Assembly (NCBI GenBank): GCA_054600435.1
Contig: BAAIJX010000023.1
Span: 186,001-250,000, forward strand
Direction: 5' to 3'
DNA length: 64,000 bases
From: Neophaeotheca triangularis
Taxonomy: Eukaryota
Part shown: positions 36,192-49,145 of the stretch, piece by piece
Numbering within the stretch: position 1 is the stretch's first letter
Layout of the letters: the number at the start of each line of letters is the position of its first letter
Notes under the pieces: generated by a model
Told to the model about the DNA's origin: nothing
The model's input: only the letters and a program-made list of their open reading frames with translations
Databases searched by the model: none
Position numbers and translations under genes: made by a program

Positions 36192-36587
36192 GCAAGGTGG
36201 GATTTCAGTAGGTAGTAGGTGGTGGTGAGTGGCAATCATTGTGACCAAGGGCTCAGGTCAATTTTCACGCAAGGCAAGCAAGGGAAGCAAGGGAGGGAGA
36301 AGGGAGAAGGGACTGGACGAAGTAACTCGAGACATCTCACGTAAGAATCTCGAGCAGCCAAGGGCATGAAAGCAGTCATGTGCTGGCTGGCACCCAGTAC
36401 TTATCTCTACAGAAAGCCCTATCGAAAGATAACAGACAAGAAACGCCAGTCCAAGGCAGTCGGTACAATTCAAAGTCTCCCAATCCCTATTCACATGCCA
36501 GGCGATCCAATCCTAGGCTAACCCCAATCCAACCCAACCCAACCGAAAACAGAACAAAAGAAACTCGTTAAAACCCCCTCTACTCTT

Positions 36588-37898
36588 CTACTGCTTCTCG
36601 CCCTCGGTCTCCTCATAAGCGGGAGCATCCTCATACCTCGGCAGCGTCTCGGTAGATTCCAAACTCGCCTTACGCACACCCTCAGCCTCACGGTAGACGC
36701 CGTCGCTCTCGCCTTCTTCTTGCTGAGCGACGCTAGCGTAGCCCCTTTGGCCGCCGCGAGCGATGCGGAACCATAGAAAGCCAATGAAGCGGCCGGTCAT
36801 CAGACCAAGGACGGAGACGACCAGGCCGACGGCTATGCCGGCCATGACGGGGATGAGGACGGCGACGAGACCTTGGAGGAAGGCTTTGAGGAAGGAGGGG
36901 GCGGAGTGTGAGTGCTGGTTGTGGTGGGAGTGGTGGCCATGGTGGTGGGGAGGGCCGTGGTGCATGCCTCCCGGAGCGATCCAGACGGGTGGTGGGCCGT
37001 GGTGGTGGGAGCCGGGGGCGAGGAAGTGGGGACGGATGTGGCCGGGCATTTGGTGTGGGTGCTCGCCGGCGGCGTGTTTGCCGGGGCAGTCGGGCTTGCC
37101 GCCGAAACCGTGGAAACCGTGGTGGCCGTTGCGAAGGGATTCCATCTTGTCCTCCATCTTGGAGATCATGTTGCACATGAAGCTAGGGATCATCGAGGGG
37201 CAAGCGTGGTGCTGATCGGCGTTGTCACCATCTTCGTGGGATGGCTTCTCCTTCTTGAAAGCCGGAGCTTGAGGCAGAGGGTCGATGATGTTGGTCTCCA
37301 ATATCATAACGTCCCCGTTTGCGAGCTGTAGAACCTTGACCTCCAGAGCGTTGACGGTCATGTCATGCTTGTTCAGACTGGTGATATCAAATCTGACCGA
37401 AGCGGTCTTGTCGCCGTCCTCGGACAGGATTTCTTCAGAGGAATGTCCCATTCCGAAGCCCGTAACTTTCAAAGGTGCTTTGGCGACCTCGTCCTTCTGA
37501 ATAGCCTCAATGCTCGCCTTGCTCGGAACCTGATAAACCTCCATGTTGCCGTCCAAAGGCACAATCTCGGGATATCCCTCCATACCGTTGATGAGCACTT
37601 TCTTGCCATCCTCGGACACCTTGACATCGAAGAGGATACTGTTGGCGCCGCCAGCGATGTGGTAAGCGGGCTCCTCTTCGCCGTTTTCGTTCTCGATAGT
37701 GGCGGGCTTCGGGGCCGGGAAAGCGCATGAAGAGCAAGGGGCGGTTATGAGAGTGTTTTTGGCGAGAGTCGAGTCAACCGGGCTGAGCAGGTTGGAGACA
37801 TCTTTGTTGCCGCCGGTGCTGCTCAGGTTGGGCGGGAGGAGGAAGGCGTTGGCGGCCAGCGCCAGGTTGGTGGCAATGCCGACGGTGCGGCCGAACAT
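36588..37898 (-). CDS. Hypothetical type I membrane protein with signal peptide, His/Pro/Gly-rich linker and C-terminal TM helix
   Basis: MFGRTVGIATNLALAANA/FLLPP signal, CSSC, His-rich tract, hydrophobic VAVLIPVMAGIAVGLVVSVLGLM and cytosolic LPRYE/APAYE tail; intronless 436 aa with biased codon use. Confidence 0.85.
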   Translation of the reverse strand: MFGRTVGIATNLALAANAFLLPPNLSSTGGNKDVSNLLSPVDSTLAKNTLITAPCSSCAFPAPKPATIENENGEEEPAYHIAGGANSILFDVKVSEDGKKVLINGMEGYPEIVPLDGNMEVYQVPSKASIEAIQKDEVAKAPLKVTGFGMGHSSEEILSEDGDKTASVRFDITSLNKHDMTVNALEVKVLQLANGDVMILETNIIDPLPQAPAFKKEKPSHEDGDNADQHHACPSMIPSFMCNMISKMEDKMESLRNGHHGFHGFGGKPDCPGKHAAGEHPHQMPGHIRPHFLAPGSHHHGPPPVWIAPGGMHHGPPHHHGHHSHHNQHSHSAPSFLKAFLQGLVAVLIPVMAGIAVGLVVSVLGLMTGRFIGFLWFRIARGGQRGYASVAQQEEGESDGVYREAEGVRKASLESTETLPRYEDAPAYEETEGEKQ

Positions 37899-40037
37899 GG
37901 TGGAGTCGTGTTATTTGTTGATGCAAGAGTATTAGTATTTGAAAGGGGGTTGATGATTAGAAGAGAAGCTGATGGTATTTGATGAAAGGAGTGGTAGGAG
38001 AGAGGAGTTGGGGAATAGACAGAAGGACGATGGCGGTGGGTGACGGGGTGCAGCGGGTTGAGAGGCGGAGTAAGCGGCAGAGTTTCAGCCGGCTGGTGAC
38101 GAAACGCTGCCCGGCTTTGAGACACCTCAGCAAAGTCACGTGGCGACCTCGGCTTTTAACAACGAAACATTCTTTGTCGCTACTACCTTATCCATGAACT
38201 CGCTTCGCTGTAATATGCGTACCAGTAAACTATCTACGTAGTCGCTCGAATGCGCGAAACGCACCAACCCCAATGCCTCGCCCGGAGCGTAGCACAGTCA
38301 TGTCTCCTCCTATACCTCCCCAACACTACTCACCCTATTTCCCTATTCCTACTTCCCCTTAACAAACCGAATTGCATTCTGACAACCCCCCTTTCCGAAC
38401 CACGTTCCTAGCAACTGCTGACAGATCCACTCGGCCGACTGCGTATGCGAACTTCCCTTCTCCCTATTCTCCTCCTTGTCGATGTTTCCCTCGTCCTAAA
38501 ATCCCTCAAAAACCTCACTGCGACACTCGGCAAGCGTTTAGTAGATGACGAGCTGATCGTGCAGGGACGAGTTTACAAGAGCACGTGCTTCGATGCCCCT
38601 GGCAAGGCACGTGGCAGGCCAGTCGAGGTATTTTCCGAGGTCCTCGAAGTGAATGTGTGGCACCTGAATGTCGTGACCCAAAATTGTTGCGGGCTGGGCA
38701 TTGTTGTCGTTGGCTGGGGTGGTGGCCGTTAGGAGGAAGTAGATCTGCATCCCCGTATCTGGAGATTCGTAAGTCATGAAGCTCAAAGAAGGCAATAGAA
38801 TGTCCGGGGCTCAGACAATTGGGATTGCGATTGAGGGTAGGAAAGGCGCTGCTTTGCAGCTTCGAGGTCCAAGAAGTTCCGCAATGACATGGCGGGACTT
38901 TCGAGCCGGCATATGAGGTTTGGAGATGACAGGAAGATTAGCTGACTTCTTCAAGCAGTTAGCAAGATGCAGATGTCAACATGGTGAGATACTGAGACGT
39001 CTCCATTTAGACAGTAGCTTGGACCATTCTCTCGCCCCTGTCTATGTGATGTCCAACCACAAGAGGCCTGTACGGGTCGAGAAGTGGCTTGCTGCCTCGA
39101 AACAAGCACTGAGAATGTCAAGCTCCGTGGACAACGATTCGTGATGAATGTTTGGCCGGTTTGGCGGTATCATGGTGGCTCGAGGTGAGGTACAGTACAG
39201 TTCAGTATGCAGCTGTATGTATGCTAGGGGACGACCGAACAGGCTAGGAGATGGTGTCTGGGAAGGGTCCCTCACTCTTGCTTTTGTTTGCTTGGTTTTC
39301 ACTAGACACTGGGTATTATTATGTTGTTGTCAAACGAGCATTCGCCCTCCCTTTATGAGCTTGACCTGTACCTAGGTAGCCGATGTTTTCCATGCCTCTT
39401 TCAATCATCGTGCAGATGCTCTAGAGTACCTAAGCTAAGGTCCCGTCGTTTGATGAGAGCACTCCCTGTTGCGTCAGAAACCCCCACTCTCGTCACCTCA
39501 GCCCGCACGCAGCCTGCCTGCAGCCTGCAGCGTCCTTTCAACTCTTTCACCTTACTAGTATTATTATTATTCTCTTACCGCCCAAACACTACTGCACCGA
39601 CCGACCGGAGTGATTGACCAGTTGGGAAGCTGGCCTACTAGTATCGTTTGATCTTAGGTACCTTACCTTCTTTCCACCCTCACTACTCTCCCTTCTACTT
39701 CCATCCATCTATCCCACTCGTCACGGGGAATGCTGAACAGACGGGAAGCTTGACCGATTGGTGCATGTGACGATTGGGCTGCATCCAGGTCCTCCGTCTG
39801 AGACAGCCCACCTCCCTCCGACTTCCTCCAACCCCAACACACCACGAGGGGCGGGGACGTCGCGTACCGCACGGGAGCTTACCTACCCAACCTTACCCTC
39901 TTGACTCCCTCTTACCCTCTTTATTCCGACCCGCTTGTACCGCAAACCCTAGCTGTTCTTCGAGCCTACCTCCGTCTTACTGCCCAAGTACTTTATTCAC
40001 TCCTCACCGCTTCCTCCACCTCATTCCTATCTCGGCC

Positions 40038-42379
40038 ATGTCTCGTCGCGGCTACCCACCCGTCGCTGATCGCTACGACGACCGCGAACAGGACTACTAC
40101 CGCCGTCCTCGTGGGAACTACGACGATGTAGATATCGACATTGATATTGATCGCCAGAGGGCGCCCGCCAGGCCAGCCACGGTGCTCAGTGATCGCCGTG
40201 CCGAGCGTGGCCCCCGCCAGCCCGACTTCTTGAGAGAGGACTATGGCCGCAATCCAAACCAGGGCCCTTTGGTAGTCAGAGGCCGGGAGCACGACGACGA
40301 TGCATACAGTCGGGCACCCACTAGGTCAGGCAGGCGGAACAGCATGGAGACAGTGCGCTCACCCCCACCCGGCGCCATGGAGAAAGAGCTGGTGTATAGG
40401 GATAGGCAGCAAGAGTACCGTGCTCCGTATCCGCGAAGCGAAATGGGTCGAAGGCATGAGGATGATCGCAAGGATGACTTCTATCGCGAGCCGCCCCGGG
40501 GAGGACGAGGCCGTAACGGGGAGAACATTGATATCGACATCGACATCAACGAGGATGCCCGAAGCAGAGCTCCGCCTCCAGCTCGCTCTGAGTATCGCGA
40601 GCGGGATCATGAAGAGATTCGATTCAGACGCGGGGACGGGGAAAGACGACCACCTCCCCCACGTACAGAAGTGAACAGGGAGGACATTCATTTCGAAGAG
40701 CACAGAAGGGCAAATCCGCCTCCTCGTAGTCAATATGCACGGAGTCAGGGTGGAGGTGATAGGGAGAATATTGATGTAAGCGATTCCTCATGACTGTATT
40801 CGAAAGGGAGAATACATGCTGACGCAATCATAGATCGATATCGACATTCACAACCACAACCAACAGCGACAGGCCAATCAAGAGAGACCGGCGCCCCGGC
40901 AGCGAAGCCAGTCTCGTGGTCCATTGGTAGCCAGAGAGAGAGAAGAATGGCTTGTCCGGAGGCCACGCACCCCGGAGCCACCACCACAGCGAGATTACGA
41001 AAAGGAGGAAATCATCATCCGCCGGAGAGAGCGAGAGCGAACGCCCACCCCGGAACCTCCACCTCGTGAGCCGACGCCTGAGCCTGAACCGCCTGCTCCA
41101 GAGCCACCAGTCATACGACCACCTATCATTCAGGAAGTCATCACGCACCACCGGCACATTGATCACGGCATTGAGCGTGCTCGCTCTCCCACACCACCAC
41201 CCCCGCCTCCTAGCCCACCTCAGCATCAGCAGCGCCAGGACGAAATCGACATCGAGATCCGCCGTCAAGGTATGCGCAACGGCAGACCCTATGATGAGGA
41301 GATCGACATCGATATCAACAGGAACGAGGGAGGGCGTGCTCGCAGCAGATCTCGTGCCCCACCTAGTCGTCAAAGATCCGTCAGTGCACGTACAGGTGCC
41401 CTCTCTCGCCGCGAACCGAGCGCTCACCGTGGAGGCCGCTATGACGACGACGTAGCAGGCGAAGCAGAATATTACAACCGTCGCGCAGCCAGTCGCGGTT
41501 ACCCAGGCGAGGCTTACAATGGCGCAACCAAAGACTGGGCCATAGTTGATGTACCCCCAGGCACTGAACGCGTGCAAATGGATGGTGTGGGCGGTGGTCA
41601 ACAGGAAATCACGTGGCAGCGCTACAACGGTGTCCGCCGCAGCAAGTTCAAGACTAACGGCCGCGAATACGATGGTGAATTCGGCATGCCGAACGGTCGT
41701 GCCTCTCCCCAGCAACTTCCTCAACCACAACAGCAGCAACAAATCCCGGACCGCACCAGAGGCGACAACAATAACAACCTGGACATCGACATCCACATTG
41801 GCGACCGCTACGACCACCAACACTCCCACCGTGGCGAAAACTCAAGAAGGCCACCCGGGCCCGTCAAGGACAAAATGTGGACCGAAATCACTAAAGACCT
41901 CGTCATCAAAGAAGCCGTAGACGAGATGGGTTACGAGTGTGAAGAAACTGAATACTTCTTTTACGTCATGGAGTACCTGCGCTACGTAAGCCCACAAACC
42001 CCTCCCCAGCTATCCGCACGCAAGTTGGAAACCCTCAAAATACCCCGAACTGACCCATCCCCACTTTCCCCACTCACAGGAAGACGTCCTCCGCCTCGTC
42101 GAACTGACCGAAGACATCCGCCGCGAACGCCGCGAACGCATCCGCGAAATCCAATGGGAGCGCGAAGAGCTCGAGCGCGCTCCGGCTCTCAAAAGCCTCC
42201 CCGCGCCCCCGCCCGTCCCGCAACCGCCAATTGGTAAGTCCGGTGGCCACTGGGATGAACGTATCTATGAGCGCGAGTATAGATATGATCGCGAGGGGTA
42301 TCCGATCGGGGGACGAGGAGGCCGGGGCGGGGGTAGGGGCGGTAGGGATCCGTGGGGTGGGAGGGGTGGGTATCGATAG
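40038..42379 (+). CDS. Arg/Glu/Asp/Pro-rich largely disordered protein with a fungal-type C-terminal domain (exons 40038-40775, 40834-41985, 42080-42379)
   Basis: Two phase-0 GTAAG..CTGAC..YAG introns join the ORFs. It contains DWAIVDVPPGTERVQMDG and KMWTEITKDLVIKEAVDEMGYECEETEYFFYVMEYLRYEDVLRLVELT, and ends in an RGG tail. Confidence 0.85.
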
Positions 42380-45267
42380 AGTCGGTATTGGAGGTTGAGG
42401 GAGAGGAGCTCGAGTCGGGATGGGGAGAGGGGAAGTCGTTAGGGTTGTCTCATGCGATCGTTTGCTGTGGGTGATGAGTTGGGGTTTGGATGCGCGGAGC
42501 GGCGTGTTTGAGGTTGTTTCCCCTTTTCGAAACTTGATTCCTTTTTCCTTTTCAATTGTCTTTGCGTTCGCTTCTTCTCGATCCGGGTCTTTGCAGTCCA
42601 ACATATCTGGTCTGAGGCTCTTCTTTTTCCTTCTTGGGCTAGTGGGCTTCTGGTTTACTGAGCGTTGCAAGCGAGCGATGCGAGACCGTACAAACAGCTC
42701 TTGCCACTACGAGATGATAGCTGAGACACTTCGTACGACGGGATATTGCAGGAGTTAGAGATGAGAGAACAGTAGCCGGCAGGGGTTTGTTGGCTGGATG
42801 GCCATAGTCCTTGAGATGGTCAGAGGGGTCGACCGACCGCTGGATGCTGGAAAGTAGAACAGGCGGGAGACGGGAGATGGCATGGGAGGAAGCGAATGGA
42901 TGGATTAGATGGCTGACGACGCTCATGAAATGACTTTACGTGGTTTGATTTTGTATACAGTTTCCTTAGGCTACATGGGGAATATCTTTGTTCTGGTAAC
43001 TTACCGGATAGATATAGTGAAGTCCTCCAATTCAAGTTATACTATGTGGCTCTTTTTGTGAAGTTTGCACGTGATTCCCTCTCTCGCTTACACGCCGCTA
43101 TCCCCGTTCAAGCTAGCTCGGTTGGAGGTGAATTGTCCACTTCGACTTCATCGCTTCTTGCTCTGCTCTCGTTTCGTCTAATTGCGGTCTGCACACTACA
43201 ATACCGATTGCTCTAGCATTCACGCCATACAGCAGACAGCCCGACATGGTTTGAATCACCCGTAGGGCCGTCGACTCCGGCACTCCGCCTGATGAGACTT
43301 CTCACCGCTGTATGTGCCCGAGGCGTTGGCTTAGCGAGGAGCTAGCGACTACCATACGTCCGTCTTCACTGTGCTTCTCAGGCGTAGGGATAGCTTTTCT
43401 ACCGATTGCGGTTTGTTGTTCACGTGAGTGGCGAAAGCGCTGCTGACTTTATGTAAAGGGAGTTCGAATTATTCGGCTTGATGCCTTTCCTACCTTGGAC
43501 GGAGAAGATTACGTCGGTGTTGCTGGACTGCTTCAAGCTAGGGGTCTGATATCAGTCACGGCCATGGTCCCTCGGGTTCCTACTATACCGCGATAACTGC
43601 GCTGGATTTGTAAGTCTTGCTGTGACGCTTTTTTTTTCTCTGGTTGATTGATTGAGTACGGTGGGTTTTGGAAAGCTTTTTGAAATTTACTTGAACACTC
43701 CGGGTGCTTGGCTCAGAATTGACTGGCTGTGGTTGGCGGGCTTGGAGTAGCGGGCGTTTCTCCCTGGACTCTGCTTTTCTCTAATCTTCGTGGACGAGAG
43801 AGCGGGCGGAGGCGGTTTCTAGCCTTTCGACACCACGGTTCTGCGAAGCGCCACGGCCCAGCGGGCGCCTTAAAGGCCTGTCAGGAGGCCTGTCGGGCTT
43901 GGAGATTATGCTGTGCTGTGCTGGCTCTCCCCATTCTTGCGATCTTATCGACCTCTATCTAGGCCCTTTGCATCTGGGCCAGCAGTGTTCACGTGCTGTA
44001 TCATAGCGACGCTGACGGCCCTACCGGCTACTTCCGAAGAGCAGTGTGCTCCTGGACCTGGGCTGTGGAGAATGTCTGAGTCCAGGAGTCCAGCCGGCCT
44101 TCTGGTCTTGCTGCCTCGCTGATGCGGAACTCATCCATGAGCTTGGGTCTCAAAAGGTGAAGGGACTGCTGTTGATGTCGTTGTCAAGAAAGGCGAATGA
44201 CTGCTAGGGAAATGTTATATTTCGGCTTCGCCAACATCAAGAGCGTCTCTAAGACTATACGGAGAGGCGTCATGTGAATGTAAGTGGAGTACCGAGGGTG
44301 GTGGTGCTGATGTGCAGGCGAAACCGACATGCGAAAGAGTGTTTTACTTAGAAGCAGTCCACAAGGCTCAGTAGGACCAAGGCGTGACCTCAGACACCCC
44401 CACAGGCAACGCAACACTCGACCGACCGAAGAGCAGCATAGCCGAAAAACCAGAACAAGTACGAATGCGAGAAAGAAAAACATTCCGCCACCTCACGTCA
44501 CCCGCCTCCGGCACACACCCACAGTAAGGCTCAAACTAAAGATTCACCTCCACCAACAGTGAAGCACCAATTGTCTGAACTATATATTCAACCTGCCGGT
44601 TTCATTCACATCATCATCGCGCAACAAAACACACGTGCAGAACTGGCGCAGCGGCTTGAATCGGGACTCACCACCCCCGCCCTTTCCCTTTCCCCTGTAG
44701 GGTGAGTCCCCAATCAGGTGAGTGGTTCGCCGCCAGCGTTTGAGTTCGAATCGGAGGCCGGTATGGGTATTCCCCGAGTCCGCTACCCCGGCAGTACGCG
44801 CCCTGCCCGCAGTCTTCTCATGGCTTGCCTCTCTTTTTGCCCTTTTGAGGCTTTCTTTTATGGAGTTTGTTTTAGAGAGGTTTAGGAGAGGTTTGTTTTG
44901 TGGTATTTGTATTGACATTATTGGAGCATTGTCGATTTGGTGGGTGGTGTTTATACTCACTTTCCGATGAAGGTCATAGGCCTCAGGCATGCAATACGTG
45001 AGGCGCCAGCTCCTTGTTATGGGGCACTCTGTTCGCTTCTAGCACCTTCGCCTTCACCTTCTCCTTTGACAGCTTCATTTGGGTAACCCCTTCACTTCAT
45101 ATCTTGCTACGTAAACCCTCCCTTAACCTTTCGTTGCTCTACCACTAGTGCAACATCTCTGAGCGTTAACCCCAAACGGCTTCATTTGCAGAGTTGCGGC
45201 ACCATTCTTCTTCGACCTAGCCTTTACCTTCCACTCCTCTGCCTGAACGCTCCCGTTGTCGCTCACG

Positions 45268-46781
45268 ATGACTACAACTAACCGTGGCCAGCCACAGCAG
45301 CAGCAGTCAGCAGAAACTTTCCCATGGATCTCGGCAGCGGACACGCGCATCGTCCTCGCCAATGGCATTGCCCTCAATATCCAGTCCGACCAGCTGCGCA
45401 AGCTTAGCAGAACGTTCGAGGCGATGATACCAGCAGATCAAGCTCCAAGCTACAGCGCAAAGGCTCGTAGAGAGGGAGCCAAGACTTCGTTCTTCCTCGT
45501 CTTGCAGGAAGCGCCTCCCGGCGACGACGGCGACAACAACGCACTCGGCTACGTCTTGGAGCCACTTATTCTCGAGCACAAGGGTCTGCCTCTCGATGAG
45601 GACGCCGCGATGGGGTTCCCGAGCGAGTTTGCCGGGACTATGGACTTCAAGGTATTGCTGCGCTTCTTCCCCACCGTTCCTCGAGGTCTTAGCTAACTAA
45701 TTCCTTTATAACAGGCCTTCTACGACGTTTTAGGTGCCTTTTACGGCCGCAAGATCGAATTGGGACCTGTTCGCCCCTCCACAATCGAGCGTGTCTTCAC
45801 TCTCATCGACAAGATCACAGAAGTCGCACAGTACCTTAACTGCGTGAGTGCCCTCTTACTAGCCCCCTATCCATGAATCCCGCAACTAACAGAAATTCAC
45901 TTCAGGTCAAACTCATCACTGGACAAATCGAAACCCACCTGCTCTCCAACCCAACGACGACGAACCTAACCCACCGCACCATTGCCACCTCCCCAATCCC
46001 CTGGCTCCACCTCGCCGATCGCCTCCACTCCAAACCCCTATTCAGCGAAGCCCTAATCCACGCCGCGGGCCAATGGAACACGCCCACCCTCCAAAACAAG
46101 CTCGAAAAACTGCGCCCGGAGCTCCAAGTCCTCCTCGGCACCAAGGGCGAACTCCTGCGCAAAAAGTCCAAAGACAGCTTCAGCAAACTGTCAACCTTCT
46201 ACCCCTACAAAATCACCCGCGAGCGCACGCTAGGCGTTACGGAGCCCAAGAGCAACAACATTGATTCCTACCGCTGCGACATGGCCATGTGGTTGGCGCT
46301 GACGGTTTTCCGGGCTTGGGCGACCAAGGCCGTGGCGAATGACGAGACGCACAATGCGGAGGACATGGGATGGGAGTTTTGGCGCGCGGTTGAGGATGGT
46401 GGTGAGGCGTATCTCGGTGCCGAGGAGGTGGAGAAGTGGTTTGAGAGGTTTCCCATGAGTGGCAAGGGGCCCGTGATGGTTAAGGAGGAGTTGAAAGCGC
46501 TTAAAGAGGGGGTAGGCAAGGTTACGGGGGTGAGTGGTGGGTTTGGGCCGAGTGAGAGAGATGGTTTTACTGACGATGACGGCGGGCAGAATTTGTTTCT
46601 GGAGTGCGCCGGGCTTAAGTCGAGCAAGGCGTTTCCTGTCAAGTGGTTCACGTGTACTTTTGTGCGCGAGGAGGACTACTTGTGGTTTGCGGAGGAGGAA
46701 GCTGCGGAGAAGAAGAGACAGATTGAGGCTGAGATGGATAGTGATGCTGACGATGACGATGAGGAGATGGAGGACGCGTAG
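45268..46781 (+). CDS. Hypothetical protein, possibly BTB/POZ-like (exons 45268-45651, 45715-45843, 45906-46529, 46590-46781)
   Basis: Canonical splice sites join the ORFs in frame. DTRIVL..LNIQSDQLRKLSRTF, EVAQYLNC and LFSEALIHAAGQW resemble fungal BTB-like proteins; acidic tail. The domain call is tentative. Confidence 0.7.
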
Positions 46782-46935
46782 AGGTGGTAAGAGATATGAG
46801 ATTGGCGATACCCCAGCGTTGCGAATCGAAGAGCGTCAGTGGAGTTTATCACTGCATTAGCATGTCCATTGTGTCAGCGAGAATGAAAAAGGAGGCTCTA
46901 CAGGGTGGATTGAGCCTACTGCATACCCCCATCTT

Positions 46936-47438
46936 CTACACGCTAAACTCAAGCCTATTCCCAGCATAGTCCCTAGCAAAAAAGCGTTTCGGATACTCCA
47001 CGCCCGCAGACCCTTTACGAAAAAAAGAATTAGCAACCCCTTTCAAGCCCGTCTTCAACCCACCCAAACCCCGTTCGCTCTCACAAGACTCGGCAAAAAC
47101 TCACCACTACTAACGCCCACAGCATCCGCCTCCACAGGCGCCCCCTCTCCCCCTCGCTCAAAATGCTCCCAGACTTTCTCCTGCAACTTCAAAAGCGCTC
47201 CCGCGCTTTCGAGCTTGAAACACGGATGCCGCGACGCCGCACCGTCGTTGGGAGTCCCGTTGCACGAGATGTGCACTTGCTGGCCCGAGTCGGCGATGTT
47301 GAACCAGGCGAGAGTGTCTTTTTGCAAGTGTGGGACGTTTGTGCGGACCATGCCCAGGGTCTGGCTGTAGAAGGCTTCGGCTTGGTCGAGAGTGTTTGGG
47401 GGGACTGTTAGGTTTACGTGGGCGATGGAGGTGATCAT
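46936..47438 (-). CDS. Glyoxalase/bleomycin resistance (VOC) family protein (exons 47438-47105, 47012-46936)
   Basis: IAHVNLTVP..AEAFYSQTLG, QQVHIS, HPCF and spliced C-terminus GVEYPKRFFARDYAGNRLEFSV*. Confidence 0.9.
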
Positions 47439-47987
47439 GGTGGCGGGGGGGATAGGGGTTTGGCCAAGGGCTGTGACGAGCGGGCGGAGTGAGTGTGTTG
47501 TGCTAGTGGTAGTGAGTGGTACTTGAGGGGGTTTGGTGGGTGTGTGGGATATGGTATCATCGAGGATGAACATGTATCTAGAGGTACCTATGCTGTATCT
47601 CGCTTCCGACGGCAATGGGGAGCTCGTATGAAGACGGAAGCCGATCGGCGTTCTGACTTGGGTGTAGCGACTATATATCAAGAACCTAGGTACCGTCGCG
47701 GGAAATTGTTCGTTCAAATGTTATCTACTATTCCAATTCTTCAATGCGTTACTGACGATCGATACAATGTAGCGATACAAGAGCAAACATCTCAAGGTAC
47801 TCGAAGTAGGTGTCTATGTTCAAGTATTAGATACGTAGTCGTCTCAAACCCAAAAGTCTGGCCCAAGCTTCCCCAAAAGTTTCCAGAGCCTCCATACCTG
47901 GGTAGTCATGCAACCCAAACACCCATCCGCACAACCCCATCACCACCCTCTCCCGCCCTCCACCCTCCCTTCCACCTGCGGAAAAAA

Positions 47988-49145
47988 ATGTCGAAACCCC
48001 TCCTTCCCCTCCGCCAAACTGCGCAGAACCTCTCCTCGCCGCTCCGCCGCCGCCGAACCCTCTACAACCCCTTCCACAATGCGACCCCCCACAGCCCGCC
48101 ACGATGCCGGACCTTCGCCTCAACCACCCAGCGGCAGTCAGCGCAAACCAAGCGCCCGCAAATGAAGCAGCGCAGTCAGCCCTCCATGGCGTTGGCGGAA
48201 AAACAGCAGCGCGAAGCCATGATGAAGACGGAGGGTTTACCAGACGATCTCGGCATCTTGCCCGGCACGTTTATAATGCCGCCCTGGAGCGAGCGGCCGG
48301 GAATGTTCCAAAACCCAAGGGGTAGGTGGAAATTGGAAAAAGCGAGAGCAAAGGCACGCTTCTGGGATGCGATCGCGTAGGTCTTCTTTTCCCCTCCCCT
48401 ACCCCCAACCCTCTTCCGCGCCACGGCAAGGATGGCTAGACGCGAGAGCAACGGCAAACAACGACCCGCCTCACGCGCAACAGCAGTCACAAAAAACATC
48501 CCAAGCCATACCCAAAAAGCCCACCCCCGCTAACCCCCTCCCCCCCCTAAAAACAGCAACCTCGTCTTCAAATACGTCCACGTCCGACCCCGGCCCTCAC
48601 TCCACACCTTCCAACTGCCGGCAATCGCGACAAAACTGCACAAAAGCCTCTACAGCGCCTTCGCAGCCGGGAACCTAACGGCAGTCGAGCCGAGCCTGTG
48701 CCAAGGCTTCCTGCTCAACCTGCGCAACGCGCTAGCGCAGCGCAAAAGCAACCACTTCTACACTTTCACTGTGGTGCGCGAGCTGAGCCGGCCGCGCTTG
48801 ATGAGCGTGCGCGGCGCCGTGTTGCCGGGGAAAGCGGGCGAGGGCAAGGGGGAGAGGAATGGGGCGTTGCAGGCGGTTGTGAGGGTGCATACGTTGCAGC
48901 GGGCGCAGGAGATGAGGCGGAAGCAGGTTAGGGGTCCGAAGGGGTTGAGGGTGGAGGAGGAAGCGGTTGGGGAGGCTGTGGAGAAGGCGCAGGTGGATTA
49001 TTTCGTGGTGCAGAGGGTGTTGAGGAAGAGTCGCTATGGGCCTTGGAAGGTTTTTGGGCATGCGAAGCCTACTACGTTGAGGGAGTTGGAGAAGGAGGAG
49101 GAGGGGAAGAGGGAGAGGGATGCGAAGGCCAAGTTGGCCGGGTGA
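47988..49145 (+). CDS. Mitochondrial Tim44-like domain protein (Mba1/mL45-like) (exons 47988-48376, 48557-49145)
   Basis: Arg/Ser-rich presequence ending RTFAST, DLGILPGTFI, LYSAFAAGN, QAVVRVHTLQ, DYFVVQR and WKVFG. The family assignment comes from motif recall. Confidence 0.7.

Noticed and set aside
38400..39175. Possible small spliced gene on the - strand
   Set aside because: Some splice-like signals and an 85-aa ORF exist, but I could not build a consistent model or recognise a domain.
42700..45200. 2.5-kb region of short ORFs as a hidden gene or element
   Set aside because: No motifs, terminal repeats or RIP signature; treated as intergenic.
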